Source: Folioceros fuciformis
Taxonomy: Eukaryota
Length of the DNA: 43,701 nt
Assembly (NCBI GenBank): GCA_049999805.1
Contig: JBNGIO010005778.1
Span: forward strand, 36,155 to 79,855
Direction: 5' to 3'
Every line of letters begins with the position of its first letter. Within the stretch, counting starts at the first letter, position 1. The notes beneath the pieces were generated by a model. The model was not told the DNA's origin and searched no databases. It saw nothing but the letters and a program-made list of their open reading frames with translations. Shown here piece after piece: positions 25,385 to 35,299 of the stretch. The position numbers and the translations under genes are program-made.

Positions 25385-26100
25385 TCTGGGGGTCCGCCCT
25401 GGCAACCTGCTCCTTTCCCGAGATCCCGCCATCATTGTTTCGCAACCACTGCTTCGTTCTCTGGCTCTTTCCCGCCGGGGAGTCCGAGCTCGGCAATGGC
25501 GATCCCTTCGTGACCTGTTTGGGGACCGTACTCTCCTGTCCCCCTGTCCGCAGATATCAGAAGCGGGCAAATCGTTCTCCTCACCTCAAGAGCCGCGCCA
25601 CCTGGGCGACGTGGAATCCGACACGAGTGCCTGGGGCCATCTCTGACCGCATTGTTATGCTATGCTTCTTCTTGCGAGTTTTGTTCCCCTTCCCACAGCC
25701 TTGCCGGAAAACCTCTGCCCCTGTTCTCGCCATGGAATTCCGTGCAAGTCAAAATAAGTAGTAAATACCAATATGACTTAGGAGGGGAATTCTTGCATTA
25801 GGTGAGGATGGACGGAGGTCAGTGGTGCAGATGTGTGCTGCGCCACGCCAGGATAGCATCCAACGCCAGAGCGGCTTGTACATAGTTTGGAAACCTCCTA
25901 TGACGTATAAATGAAGGTGTCGTGTTTGGCAATGCCACCTTCAACTGTCTGTACAATATCGGGTTAGAGCTATATAGTTTGGCTGAAGCTAGAAGCTCAG
26001 GAAACACCAGTACAACTATGTAGAGGTCTTTACGCAGGAAGTAGCGTTTATAAAAGAAGTGTCGGGATGCGAGACGCCTGGAAGTGGATCCTGTCGTCTT

Positions 26101-27228
26101 CTAACCAGGAATTATGACGGTAGAGCCTGTGGTCTTGCGAGATTCCAGATCCGCATGGGCCTTGGCAACCTCCGAGAGAGGATAAGTCTGATTCACACGG
26201 ATTTTCAACACACCAGACGACAGTTGCGCAAACAACTCACCAGCAGTTGACAGTAGCTCATCCCTGGTAGCAGTATATTGCATCAACGAGGGCCTGGAGA
26301 GGAACAAGGACTTGGCTGCCAGTGCCTGAATAGGCACGGGATCCACAACCCCAGATGCATTCCCGAAGCTCACCATGTACCCGCGCACAGCCAGACAATC
26401 GAGGGACCCCTGAAACGTATCCCTCCCTACGGAGTCATACACCACATTTACCCCCTTGCCACTGGTCATGTCTTTCACCCTCGCCACATAATCCTCCTCA
26501 GCAGTAACAATCACATGGTTACAACCATCCTCGGTAGCCTGGGCAGCCTTCTCCCTCGTCGACACCACCCCGATCACCACAGCACCCAAAGCCCTAGCCC
26601 ACTGGGTGAGCAGAGACCCCACCCCGCCAGCTGCCGCATGCACCAACACATGGTGCCCGGGCTCCACTTTGAAGCACCTTCGGACAAGACACTGCGTCGT
26701 CATGCCCTTGAGCAGCACTGCCGCCACAGTAGTAGCGTCCAGAGTGGACGGCACAGGCACCACCTTCTCCGCTGCAATGAGCCGTTCCTCGGCATACGCC
26801 CCCATGATCCCAGCGTAGGCCACAACATCCCCGACCTGCCGCCCTGTCAGGCCCGGCCCGACTGCCGTCACGACTCCCACGCCTTCCATGCCCGGGGTGA
26901 AGGGTAGGCTGGCCGTCTTGTAAACGCCCTTCCGGAAGTAGACATCGATGAAGTTGAGCCCGATTGCTTGTTGCCGGATGCGGATTTCCCCACTCCCGGG
27001 CTCCCCGACCTCCACATCCTCCAGCTTCAGGACCTCTGGACCCCCCAGCTCGTGCACTCGCACAGCCTTTACCATGCCGGAAAGCTCGCTGCTCACTCTC
27101 ACACCGACACGACGAGCTCTCGCCGCTCCGCTCACACGCTTGCGATTGCCAAGGAGGAGGGGAAATGCGGTGACTGCGCTTCTCACAGGCACACTCGTGT
27201 TGCCTTTAATGAAAACCCTGGAGGCCAT
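26101..27228 (-). CDS. NADPH:quinone oxidoreductase (zeta-crystallin/Qor, MDR family) with probable N-terminal transit peptide
   Basis: MVKAVRVHELGGPEVL, AIGLNFIDVYFRKGVY, PGMEGVG, nucleotide-binding HAAAGGVG, VYDSVGRDTF, C-terminal AHADLESRKTTGSTVIIP. An Arg/Ser/Ala-rich leader starts at ATG 27228. The reading frame is uninterrupted. Confidence 0.93.
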   Translation of the reverse strand: MASRVFIKGNTSVPVRSAVTAFPLLLGNRKRVSGAARARRVGVRVSSELSGMVKAVRVHELGGPEVLKLEDVEVGEPGSGEIRIRQQAIGLNFIDVYFRKGVYKTASLPFTPGMEGVGVVTAVGPGLTGRQVGDVVAYAGIMGAYAEERLIAAEKVVPVPSTLDATTVAAVLLKGMTTQCLVRRCFKVEPGHHVLVHAAAGGVGSLLTQWARALGAVVIGVVSTREKAAQATEDGCNHVIVTAEEDYVARVKDMTSGKGVNVVYDSVGRDTFQGSLDCLAVRGYMVSFGNASGVVDPVPIQALAAKSLFLSRPSLMQYTATRDELLSTAGELFAQLSSGVLKIRVNQTYPLSEVAKAHADLESRKTTGSTVIIPG

Positions 27229-28870
27229 GCCCACGGCCGGAATGTGTCCATCTGGGCCGACGCACCCGCCGTCCAGATGCAGAGGCCGCCAGAGACGCAC
27301 CTTCCTGTCAGAAAAAGGAGCGAATTACGGTATGTATGGGGTGACTCCGACTCCGTGTAGCCAACGCGCTTCCACGAGTTTGTATGTATGACACAATCCC
27401 CGTGGGGACGGGATGCCATGGTGCGTGGCAGTGGCAGTGGTCTAGATTGGCTGCTTTCGCCGCGAGTTCCCATGGCCAGCGTCCGTGGGAGTCGGGCGTG
27501 CTTGCTGCAGCTCCCTGCCAAGAGCACAATGGCGGGAGCATGATACCTGGAGCTGATGGAGGAAGAGAAGGTATCATGTGAGTGTCTCCCGGATGCTGGA
27601 TTGTTGCATTGCAGGAGGCGTCTTGGCATGCATGCGCTGTTCCTAAAATCGTATTTAGGCGACCACGAATTGAGAGTCCCGGCGGCGAGTGTGGCGCCGT
27701 TCGGGCTATGCTGAAGACTGAATCGGGGAAGGCTGCACAGGGCCACGGTGTTCGAGCTTGTGCTGGGGAAGCTCGCTGCTCAGGCCCCTGATCTTAGTAC
27801 GTTTCCTGGACTGGAATTGGTGTGTTGTGGTGATGTGAGGATGGGAAGGTGGATGGCTGACTGCGTGGTGTGGTTTTTGTAGTTGGTAGGTAACCGAGGA
27901 GCAGAGGGTGGGTCCGTAGGAGGACATAGTGCTGACCGAGACCGTTTCCAGCAGGTCCATCAAGCTGTCAAAGAGGACTAATTTCCTTTACAGCATGCAC
28001 AGGGATCACGCGGAAGGACTCAGCAAGGGCTTTCGTCCTGCGGGTTGGTCATGAAGTAGCTTTTTGGTTCCAGTATGGGCTGCTGCCGGGGGCAGCATAC
28101 GCAGGGACGGTTCATGCATATGTTTTCTGTGGAGAAGGTGTTGCTGGGAGGGTTTGCTTGTATCGGAGAAGGTATTCAAGGGGACACAGCTGCTGACTTC
28201 ACCGCTGTGTGCAAGCTGGAGGTTGTCAAGGATGATAAAAAGCGGATGCTGTGATGATGACTTTGTTTGGAGACAGGTATGCAACAACGAGCAACTTTTT
28301 GAGAGCCTGAATATATGTGCGAATCTTTTTAGTACCTGGATGCCATGGACATTGAACTGTGGGAGTGAGCGTATTGCCAGAGGTCGCCGAGGCGATTGGC
28401 CCTTGGTCATCGAGTGCGAGACGGGGACCCTGTTTGGCAGATCCTGATGAACTTGGTGGCCGGCCTTGTGACATGTTCTTACTCACTTGCTTTTTTATTT
28501 CTTGCTCGAATGAAAGAGATTTTCTGCGGCAGGATGCTTTTCATGCTGCACAATTTTGTGAATAAAAACCTTGCTGACAAATTTTCCGTTGTAGCCTTGG
28601 AAATGGATATCATATTCAGGGCAAATGTACAAGTCCATTTATCGGTACTTTATCAAGAAAAGTACCAGCTTCAAGTATCCCAGCTCCAACATTCATCTCC
28701 CATGTCAACAACTCCTCCGCGGTATCCTTTAGAGAACCTGCTCCGGTCGGGCCAATTCTTTCATCTAGTACCATTACTGGTCCTCCTGTTTTTAACAGGA
28801 ACAGATGGATGGACATATACTATTAGGGGGTGTCAGACAAGTTTAGCTGAGAGCGGGGTTAACGAAGACA

Positions 28871-28994
28871 ATGATGGAGAACAAAAGCTTAGCTTAGCTT
28901 AGCATGACAAACAGGAGCAAGGTTTGATACCGATGATGGAGAACAAAAGCTTAGCTTAGCTTAGCTTAGCATGACAAACTGGAGCAAGGTTTGA
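28871..28994. repeat. Direct tandem duplication (~60 bp) containing (GCTTA)n
   Basis: ATGATGGAGAACAAAAGCTTAGCTTAGCTTAGCATGACAAAC(A/T)GGAGCAAGGTTTGA occurs twice; the second copy has one extra GCTTA unit. Confidence 0.85.
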
Positions 28995-30064
28995 CACGGA
29001 TCATCGTAAACAGGATAATCAAAGAGATTGCAAATTGGGACCTCGGTTACAAATGGTTGGTTTCAGCAATTGGAAAATTATTGAGGGCTGACACTAGGAC
29101 GATGTTTGAGTGATGTTTGAGGGTTTAGTTTCAAAACTGAATGTTTGAGGCGTGATTGGGTCTGTCTTGGCAATATCTTTTGTTGACTTCTTCCTATGTG
29201 GAATGAAAGGCCTGGCAATCTATAGTATTTTGAACACATTGGTTTAAGGTACATGAATTCAATTGTTGTTAAGTCATAGTACCCACTAACTATATAGTAC
29301 CAATAGAAGAATCAATGTATTCAAATTGGGGTATTTTCTATTAAATAGGTTCTTTAACCCCAAATAACTAATAGTCTCTCATCACATTTAAATATTATGT
29401 TACATGTATATAACCTAATCTTATACAAATTAAAATATGATAGCTGTGAACTTTAAGTGCTAATTTTAACTAGCATGAAGATTCGTACAGATCCTTTTTA
29501 TTCAACTACTAGGTACCCTTCATAATTTAACTGGTACCCTATAGATTTAAAAATATATGAATATTATCTTTTACTTTCAATATATGTAACTTTTTATTAT
29601 AAAAAAGGGGAAAAAATTCTAAAAAAAACTGCTGAAATATTCTTTCACTCACTCCATGAAAGATAATACACACTTCCCTATACTTGGGCTTTCCAATATT
29701 TTTGTTATTATTTTATTCTACTTTATTTGATTCTTTATTTGATTTTATGTTTGGTTGCGTTTCTTGCTTGGTTCCTGGCCGCGTGGGGTAGGGATGCCCA
29801 CTGTCGCTACCACCAACAACAAAGTATGAGCAGGGGGGAGCCAGCCTAGTCCTGTAGAGCGGCCACGGTCCAGTACCACACTTGATTACGACAAACCCGG
29901 TCCCTGGTTCCTGGTCACTGGTTCTTAACCCATCGGACCCCAAGTCCACCCGTGGAGACGACAACGAGGTCCCCCGGTGTTCTCGTGCCGTGGAGAGGAG
30001 TCCAAGCTAAGCGCAGCCAAGCCCAGCCCAGCCCAGCCAAGCAAGGAAGCCAAAGAAGCGAGGG

Positions 30065-31225
30065 ATGTTTTCCCTGCTGTACGGTCTGTGGAAGTATCTC
30101 TTCAGCAAGGCGGAGTTCCATGTGCTCATTTTAGGCATCGACAAGGCTGGCAAGACGGTGCTGCAATTTGCCCTGTGAAGCACTAGCCAAGGCTGCCAGG
30201 GTCATCATCCTCATGTCTCCTTTGCTGTCCTGTCCCCCCGCAGACTCTACTGGAAAAACTCAAGACACTCTACTCCGATCTCGATGGACTTCCCCCGGAT
30301 CGGATTGTGCCTACGGTAGGGCTCAACATTTGCAGGGTGGAGGCGCTCAAGTCCAAGCTCATCTTCTGGGATCTCGGGGGTCAGGTATCGCCCCTCGCTT
30401 CCCTCATTTCTCCTCCTCCTTCTCCTCCTCACTTGCCACCTGGCCTCTGCAGCTTGGATTGCGGAGCATATGGGAGAAATATTATGAAGAGGCTCACGCA
30501 ATTCTTTATGTTGTGGATGCTGCTTGCCAACCTCGCCTTGAGGAGTCCAAGTCTGCTCTAGGTATGCGTGTGTGTCTCTTCCCTTCTTCACGCTGCTGCC
30601 GTCTTCTCCTTTCATCATCTGGGTGTTGCAGGAGTGTGGAAGGATAACAAAGAAGCAATGAATGAATGAATGAGTGCAGCCAAGGTTCTTCGACACGAAG
30701 ATTTAGCCGGGGCACCAATTCTCATCTTTGCAAACAAGCAGGTTGTTGCTTTTGCTATCGTTTCCTCGGTCACCGCTCAGTTACAGCCCGAGCAAGGGCG
30801 CAGCTCCTATCCTCTTCCAGCTCATGTGCGCCTTGCCCTTGTCTGTGCTTTCCTTCTAGGATCTAACAGGAGCTTTGACAGCTGATGAGCTGTCCAGATA
30901 TCTTGGTCTCAAAGAGCTGAGCGAGCGGGCTTCCATGGTCAAGGCCATCTCTGCGTACGACGGGTAACCAGTCAGCCAGAAACCTTTGGGGTTTTGATTG
31001 GATAGTTGTAGTTCCCAAGCTTCTGAGCCTGCCTGGCTGGCCACAGCAAAACCACAAGCAGCCTGTCAAGAGCGATGCCTGTCTGCCAATTCTGATTTCA
31101 CGCCATGTCGGGATGCACGCAGCTCCGGGGTAAGGGACGGTATCATGTGGCTGGTAGAAACCATGAAGAAGAGCAAACGGTTGGAGGTATACAAGCAAAG
31201 AGCTGATTTGGCCACTACGCTGTAG
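30065..31225 (+). CDS. ARFRP1: ARF-related small GTPase (ARFRP1/Arl3p-like), 6 exons
   Basis: Exons 30065-30157, 30244-30384, 30453-30561, 30680-30741, 30860-30963 and 31123-31225 splice in frame (GT-AG). MFSLLYGLWKYLF (no Gly2), G1 GIDKAGKT, PTVGLN, G3 WDLGGQ, G4 ANKQD, G5 SAYDG. Confidence 0.93.
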
Positions 31226-31509
31226 TCTTGACAAGAATCGGCACACAAGATCCACATGGGATGGGTCTTGTTGAAGAAGATCCCTCGACAGCGAAGCGGG
31301 GGCTGTGGGAGTGCTTCTCTACACTATGATCAATTGAGGGTGAATGGCAAGCTTCTCGCTGGCTACTGCACATAACCAGCCTCAGACTAGGGGATTTCTG
31401 CTCCAATGTGGTCAGGGGAGGTACCAGCCCAGCTCAACTCAGCTCAGCCCAGGCCACAACCCATGTGTCCCAGCTATCATTCGGTATGGATGGATGGCTG
31501 TTCAGGACC

Positions 31510-33918
31510 TCATAATTGGGCATCATGCCCCATAGCCGCTGCTAGAGTTGTGAGTCTTACAACTAGCTCAAGAAGCTGTCGAGGCTGTGACGATAAGTGA
31601 TTCTTCTCACGTCGCAGCACCGCAAACGAATGCAACCTGTTGTCATGCTCCAACCAGCTCTCGCCTACCTTTTTCCAGGCCCCCGCCTCTACTCTCATGG
31701 TGTCGATTTGGGCAGCGTCGTCCCACATTTGAGCATGCGAGTAGATGCTGGACATGAGGACGTATGCAGCAGAATGTCCCGCATCCAAGGCTATGGCCTG
31801 CTCGAATGCCCGTCTGCCCAGCCCCACATCCATGTGCTTCCTGCACCCGCCCAGCAGCGACACCAAGACAGGCAGCTGGCAGGAGGCGAGGGGCATCCTA
31901 GACACCACGGCCTCCGCCTGCCTCAGCAGCCCTGCACGACCCAGCAGATCCACCAAGCTCACATAGTGCTGTGTGCCGGGTACCAGCCCGTGATGTGTGC
32001 ACATGCAAGCAAAGAGCTCCACACCCTGGCTCACCATCCCGGCATGGCTACATGCGCACAGCAGCGATGCAAACGTCACTGCATTGGGCTTCAAGGAGCT
32101 TCCTGGTCCCTGCACTTGCATCCTCTCAAAGCACTGGAAGCTGTTGATGTAATCGCCCAGACGAGCATACCCTGCGATCAAGGCATTCCAAGTGACCACG
32201 GTGCGCTGAGCCTGTGGCAGTGAGAGGAAAACAGCTTCCGCCTCCGCCATGCCCCCACATTTGCCGTAAGTGTGGATGAGAGTGTTTGCCAGCTTCACAC
32301 TGCTGGGCTGGTGGAGCAACAATGAGCTGTCGTGAATCTCACGGCACAGATGGAGGGCTCCAGTGTTGCCGCATGCCTTCAGGATGGCCACAAATGTGGC
32401 CTCATTAGGCATGCACTCCTCCTTCATCCGGCTGTAGTAAAGCTGCAGAGCCATATGTCCCTGCACCTGCTGAACGTATCCAGCAAACATGGTGTTCCAG
32501 GACACCACATTGCGTGCGGGCAGATTTTCGAACACCAGCCAGGCATCGTCGATGCTGCCACACCTTGCATACAGGTGGATCAGTGTGTTGCCCACAAAGA
32601 TGTTGGATTCTACACCTCTGCTCACAACTTGGGCGTGCACCACCTTCCCTTGTTGCAACGCTCCCGCCTTTACACATTGCCCGCCCACAGTGGTGTCCTG
32701 TTCCATGCCTGCCATGTTGCAGCATGCTTGCAGTAAGGTCACAAAGGTTCGTTCATCTGGCCTCACGCCCTTCTTCTGCATTTCCGCATGCAGTTGCCAG
32801 ACCTTGTCCACCTCCTGCTGCTGGACACATCCTGCCATGACTGCATTCCACGTCACCACGTCGTGATGCTCCATCTTGTTGAACACCAACCATGCATCCT
32901 GAACGCTGCCACATTTCAAGTACATGTCCACCAGAGTGTTGGCCACGAACATGTCTGACTCGCATTGCATTCTCACCGCTTCCGCATGTACCAGCTTTCC
33001 CTTTTGCAGGGATGCCAGTTTCAATTTCACAGAGCCAGCAGGCTCGTCTTCGGGGGGGTCTGTTGGAGGGCAATCCGTCTCAGCAGCAGCTTCCAGACCT
33101 GCAAGGTTTCCACATGCTTTTAGCACACTCACCAGCGTCCGTTTGTTTGGCATCACGCCTTCCTGCTGCATTTCCATGAACAACTGCCAGGCCTGCTTGC
33201 CCTGCTCATGCTGGCTACATGCTGCAACCATGGCAGTCCATGACACCACATCCTGGGCCGGCAGCGAGCGGAACACTTGCGTCGCTTCCGCAATGCTCCC
33301 GCAGCTGGCATACATGTGTATCAAGGTGCTGCCAACAAACACATCTCTTCCGTAACCCATTCTAACCGCTTCAGCGTGTACCTTCCTGCCCTTCTCCAGG
33401 TCTGCAAGAATGCGACACACTTTGAGCATGCTCACAAAGGTGTAGTGATTGGGCTCCACACCTGCTTCATGCATTCGTTCGTACAGCTTTACAGCCTTCT
33501 CAGCTTCACCTGAAGTGGCATGACCCGCAAGGATTGCCGTCCAAGAGAAAACAGTCCGTTGACACTGGGACAAGCTGTTGAAAACTTGAAGAGCATCGCA
33601 CAGGCCTCCGCACTTGACGAACGTGTCCACAAAATTCTCGCCCAGAACCATCAACAGCTGGCTGCATTGTCTTGAGTTTGACATGTGAGCGTACAGGCGC
33701 TTGGTCTCGACCAATGCCTTCTTTTCCGAACACAACTGCAAGAGAAATCTACAAGTGTGCACCGCAGGAACATAGGCCTGCTGCTCCAGCAGCTGCAAGA
33801 AGGCATCCACCGCCTTCTTCACATCACCCTCCTCACAGCACCTCTTAAGAAGGTTGTCTGTTACGTCATCTGTACCATACCTGCTGGACCATTTCACTTG
33901 AAGTCCTGCTGCTGCCAT
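31510..33918 (-). CDS. PLS-class PPR protein with long-L (LL) motifs and E domain, no DYW deaminase
   Basis: The open frame extends up to ~34125; the first in-frame ATG is at 33918 and an upstream exon is possible. PLS triplets, CACSHAGMV, HYVSLVDLLGRAG, E domain AYVLMSSIY, terminal WKKVGESWLEHDNRLHSF, then stop. Confidence 0.93.
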   Translation of the reverse strand: MAAAGLQVKWSSRYGTDDVTDNLLKRCCEEGDVKKAVDAFLQLLEQQAYVPAVHTCRFLLQLCSEKKALVETKRLYAHMSNSRQCSQLLMVLGENFVDTFVKCGGLCDALQVFNSLSQCQRTVFSWTAILAGHATSGEAEKAVKLYERMHEAGVEPNHYTFVSMLKVCRILADLEKGRKVHAEAVRMGYGRDVFVGSTLIHMYASCGSIAEATQVFRSLPAQDVVSWTAMVAACSQHEQGKQAWQLFMEMQQEGVMPNKRTLVSVLKACGNLAGLEAAAETDCPPTDPPEDEPAGSVKLKLASLQKGKLVHAEAVRMQCESDMFVANTLVDMYLKCGSVQDAWLVFNKMEHHDVVTWNAVMAGCVQQQEVDKVWQLHAEMQKKGVRPDERTFVTLLQACCNMAGMEQDTTVGGQCVKAGALQQGKVVHAQVVSRGVESNIFVGNTLIHLYARCGSIDDAWLVFENLPARNVVSWNTMFAGYVQQVQGHMALQLYYSRMKEECMPNEATFVAILKACGNTGALHLCREIHDSSLLLHQPSSVKLANTLIHTYGKCGGMAEAEAVFLSLPQAQRTVVTWNALIAGYARLGDYINSFQCFERMQVQGPGSSLKPNAVTFASLLCACSHAGMVSQGVELFACMCTHHGLVPGTQHYVSLVDLLGRAGLLRQAEAVVSRMPLASCQLPVLVSLLGGCRKHMDVGLGRRAFEQAIALDAGHSAAYVLMSSIYSHAQMWDDAAQIDTMRVEAGAWKKVGESWLEHDNRLHSFAVLRREKNHLSSQPRQLLELVVRLTTLAAAMGHDAQL

Positions 33919-35299
33919 GTCATCCTCCTGCCAGGGCTTAGGAGAAACGACAGGCAAGCGAGAGACTGGTGGGCGGCAAGCAGGTGCTTGCTTCGTCAAC
34001 CTACGACATCGGCAGCCAAGCTGGGATCCCTTCCAGATCCAGGTCCCGGTCCAGGTCCAACTGCTGCAACAACGTAGAAACAAGTCATTCTGCTGGATTA
34101 GGAGGAAAAAAAAGGAAACGGCCCATCAAGCATGCTTACCAACACCCAGATGCCCTGCAACCAGGTGCTGCAGATTGTCTCATCAACCTCGGGGGCCCAT
34201 GATTTGCTCCCTTCCCATCCTCCATCTCCAGGTGCTTGACCAGCATAAGAACCTTGTTCCAAGAGAACAATGAATAGCACCTCATGCTGTATCCAGTGGG
34301 GGCCCGTGTCGAACTGGTGCCACAGCACGATTACCACCCTGCCTGCCTCACACGAATAACAACCACGCTCCCTCCTACATGTTGCAGGTGCTTGCTTTCA
34401 TGAGAGTCACGACAACAAATATCATAGCCCTTGCATCCATCGAGCACCACAAAGGAGAAGACAACAACAGCACCGGTACCGACACACACACCATAGTAGA
34501 CAGGGCAGGCATGTTCCGTTGTCAGATAAGCCACCAGCAGCTATGTGCCGCTCCAGCTGCATCTCGGTCAGGCGCTGCTGCTGCTACTCTGCACCTGCTG
34601 CCAGTGGTCCAGTGACGATTTTGGGCATGTGAATCGTCATCGTTGAATTGCAGCCCGGGTCCTTACAGGGCGAGTATACCATTTGTGGATCCATGGGACT
34701 CGGACTGGGAAGGGACACCCGGGGTGCATAGCACCTAAACTTACTTCAAGCTCTCCAGCGAAGAAGGAGGGGGTGGAGAGGGGACGGGTCGCGACATGAG
34801 CACAGGCGGCGGTCCTTGTGCCTCGAAGCGTCTTGTGTCATGCCTGAAACAGAGCAAAGGCAGCCCCAGGTCACACATCGAGGAATGGTGCACAAGGCTA
34901 TTCAGTCAGCGGGGATCAGCTGGACGCAAGTCGGGTGGGTGTCTGCCCCTTCCCGTCTGCCTCACAACTTTTTTTGTTGTACAATTCCCATGGTTTGGTC
35001 CGATTACATTGTGGTAAGTTGTTGCGACTGCGACTGCTACAGCTGCAGATGAGCCAAGTACCGATCCTCGTTGCGGCAAGGTACACATACGTTTGACATT
35101 GCCCAATGTTTTGGGTCCTGGGTTCGAGGCATTTTGCATTTGACCATGCCTGATGGGAACAGACCCACCACCCGGCAAAGGCAGAAGCGCTGGAAGTTTG
35201 GAGACAGCCTGATGAGTATGGCAAATCCGTCAGGTATGCATCCTACTCAGCAGCAGCAGCCACCTTCACCAGCACAATGGGTGTGCCTGTCCGGTCCTG

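Noticed and set aside
28064-28447. ORF with F-box-like DDDFVWRQVC
   Set aside because: Only a short resemblance, no ATG start, and the N-terminal F-box consensus is missing.
29833-29943. tRNA/SINE-like A-box and B-box sequences upstream of ARFRP1
   Set aside because: Boxes are degenerate, the spacing is too long, and no cloverleaf can be drawn.
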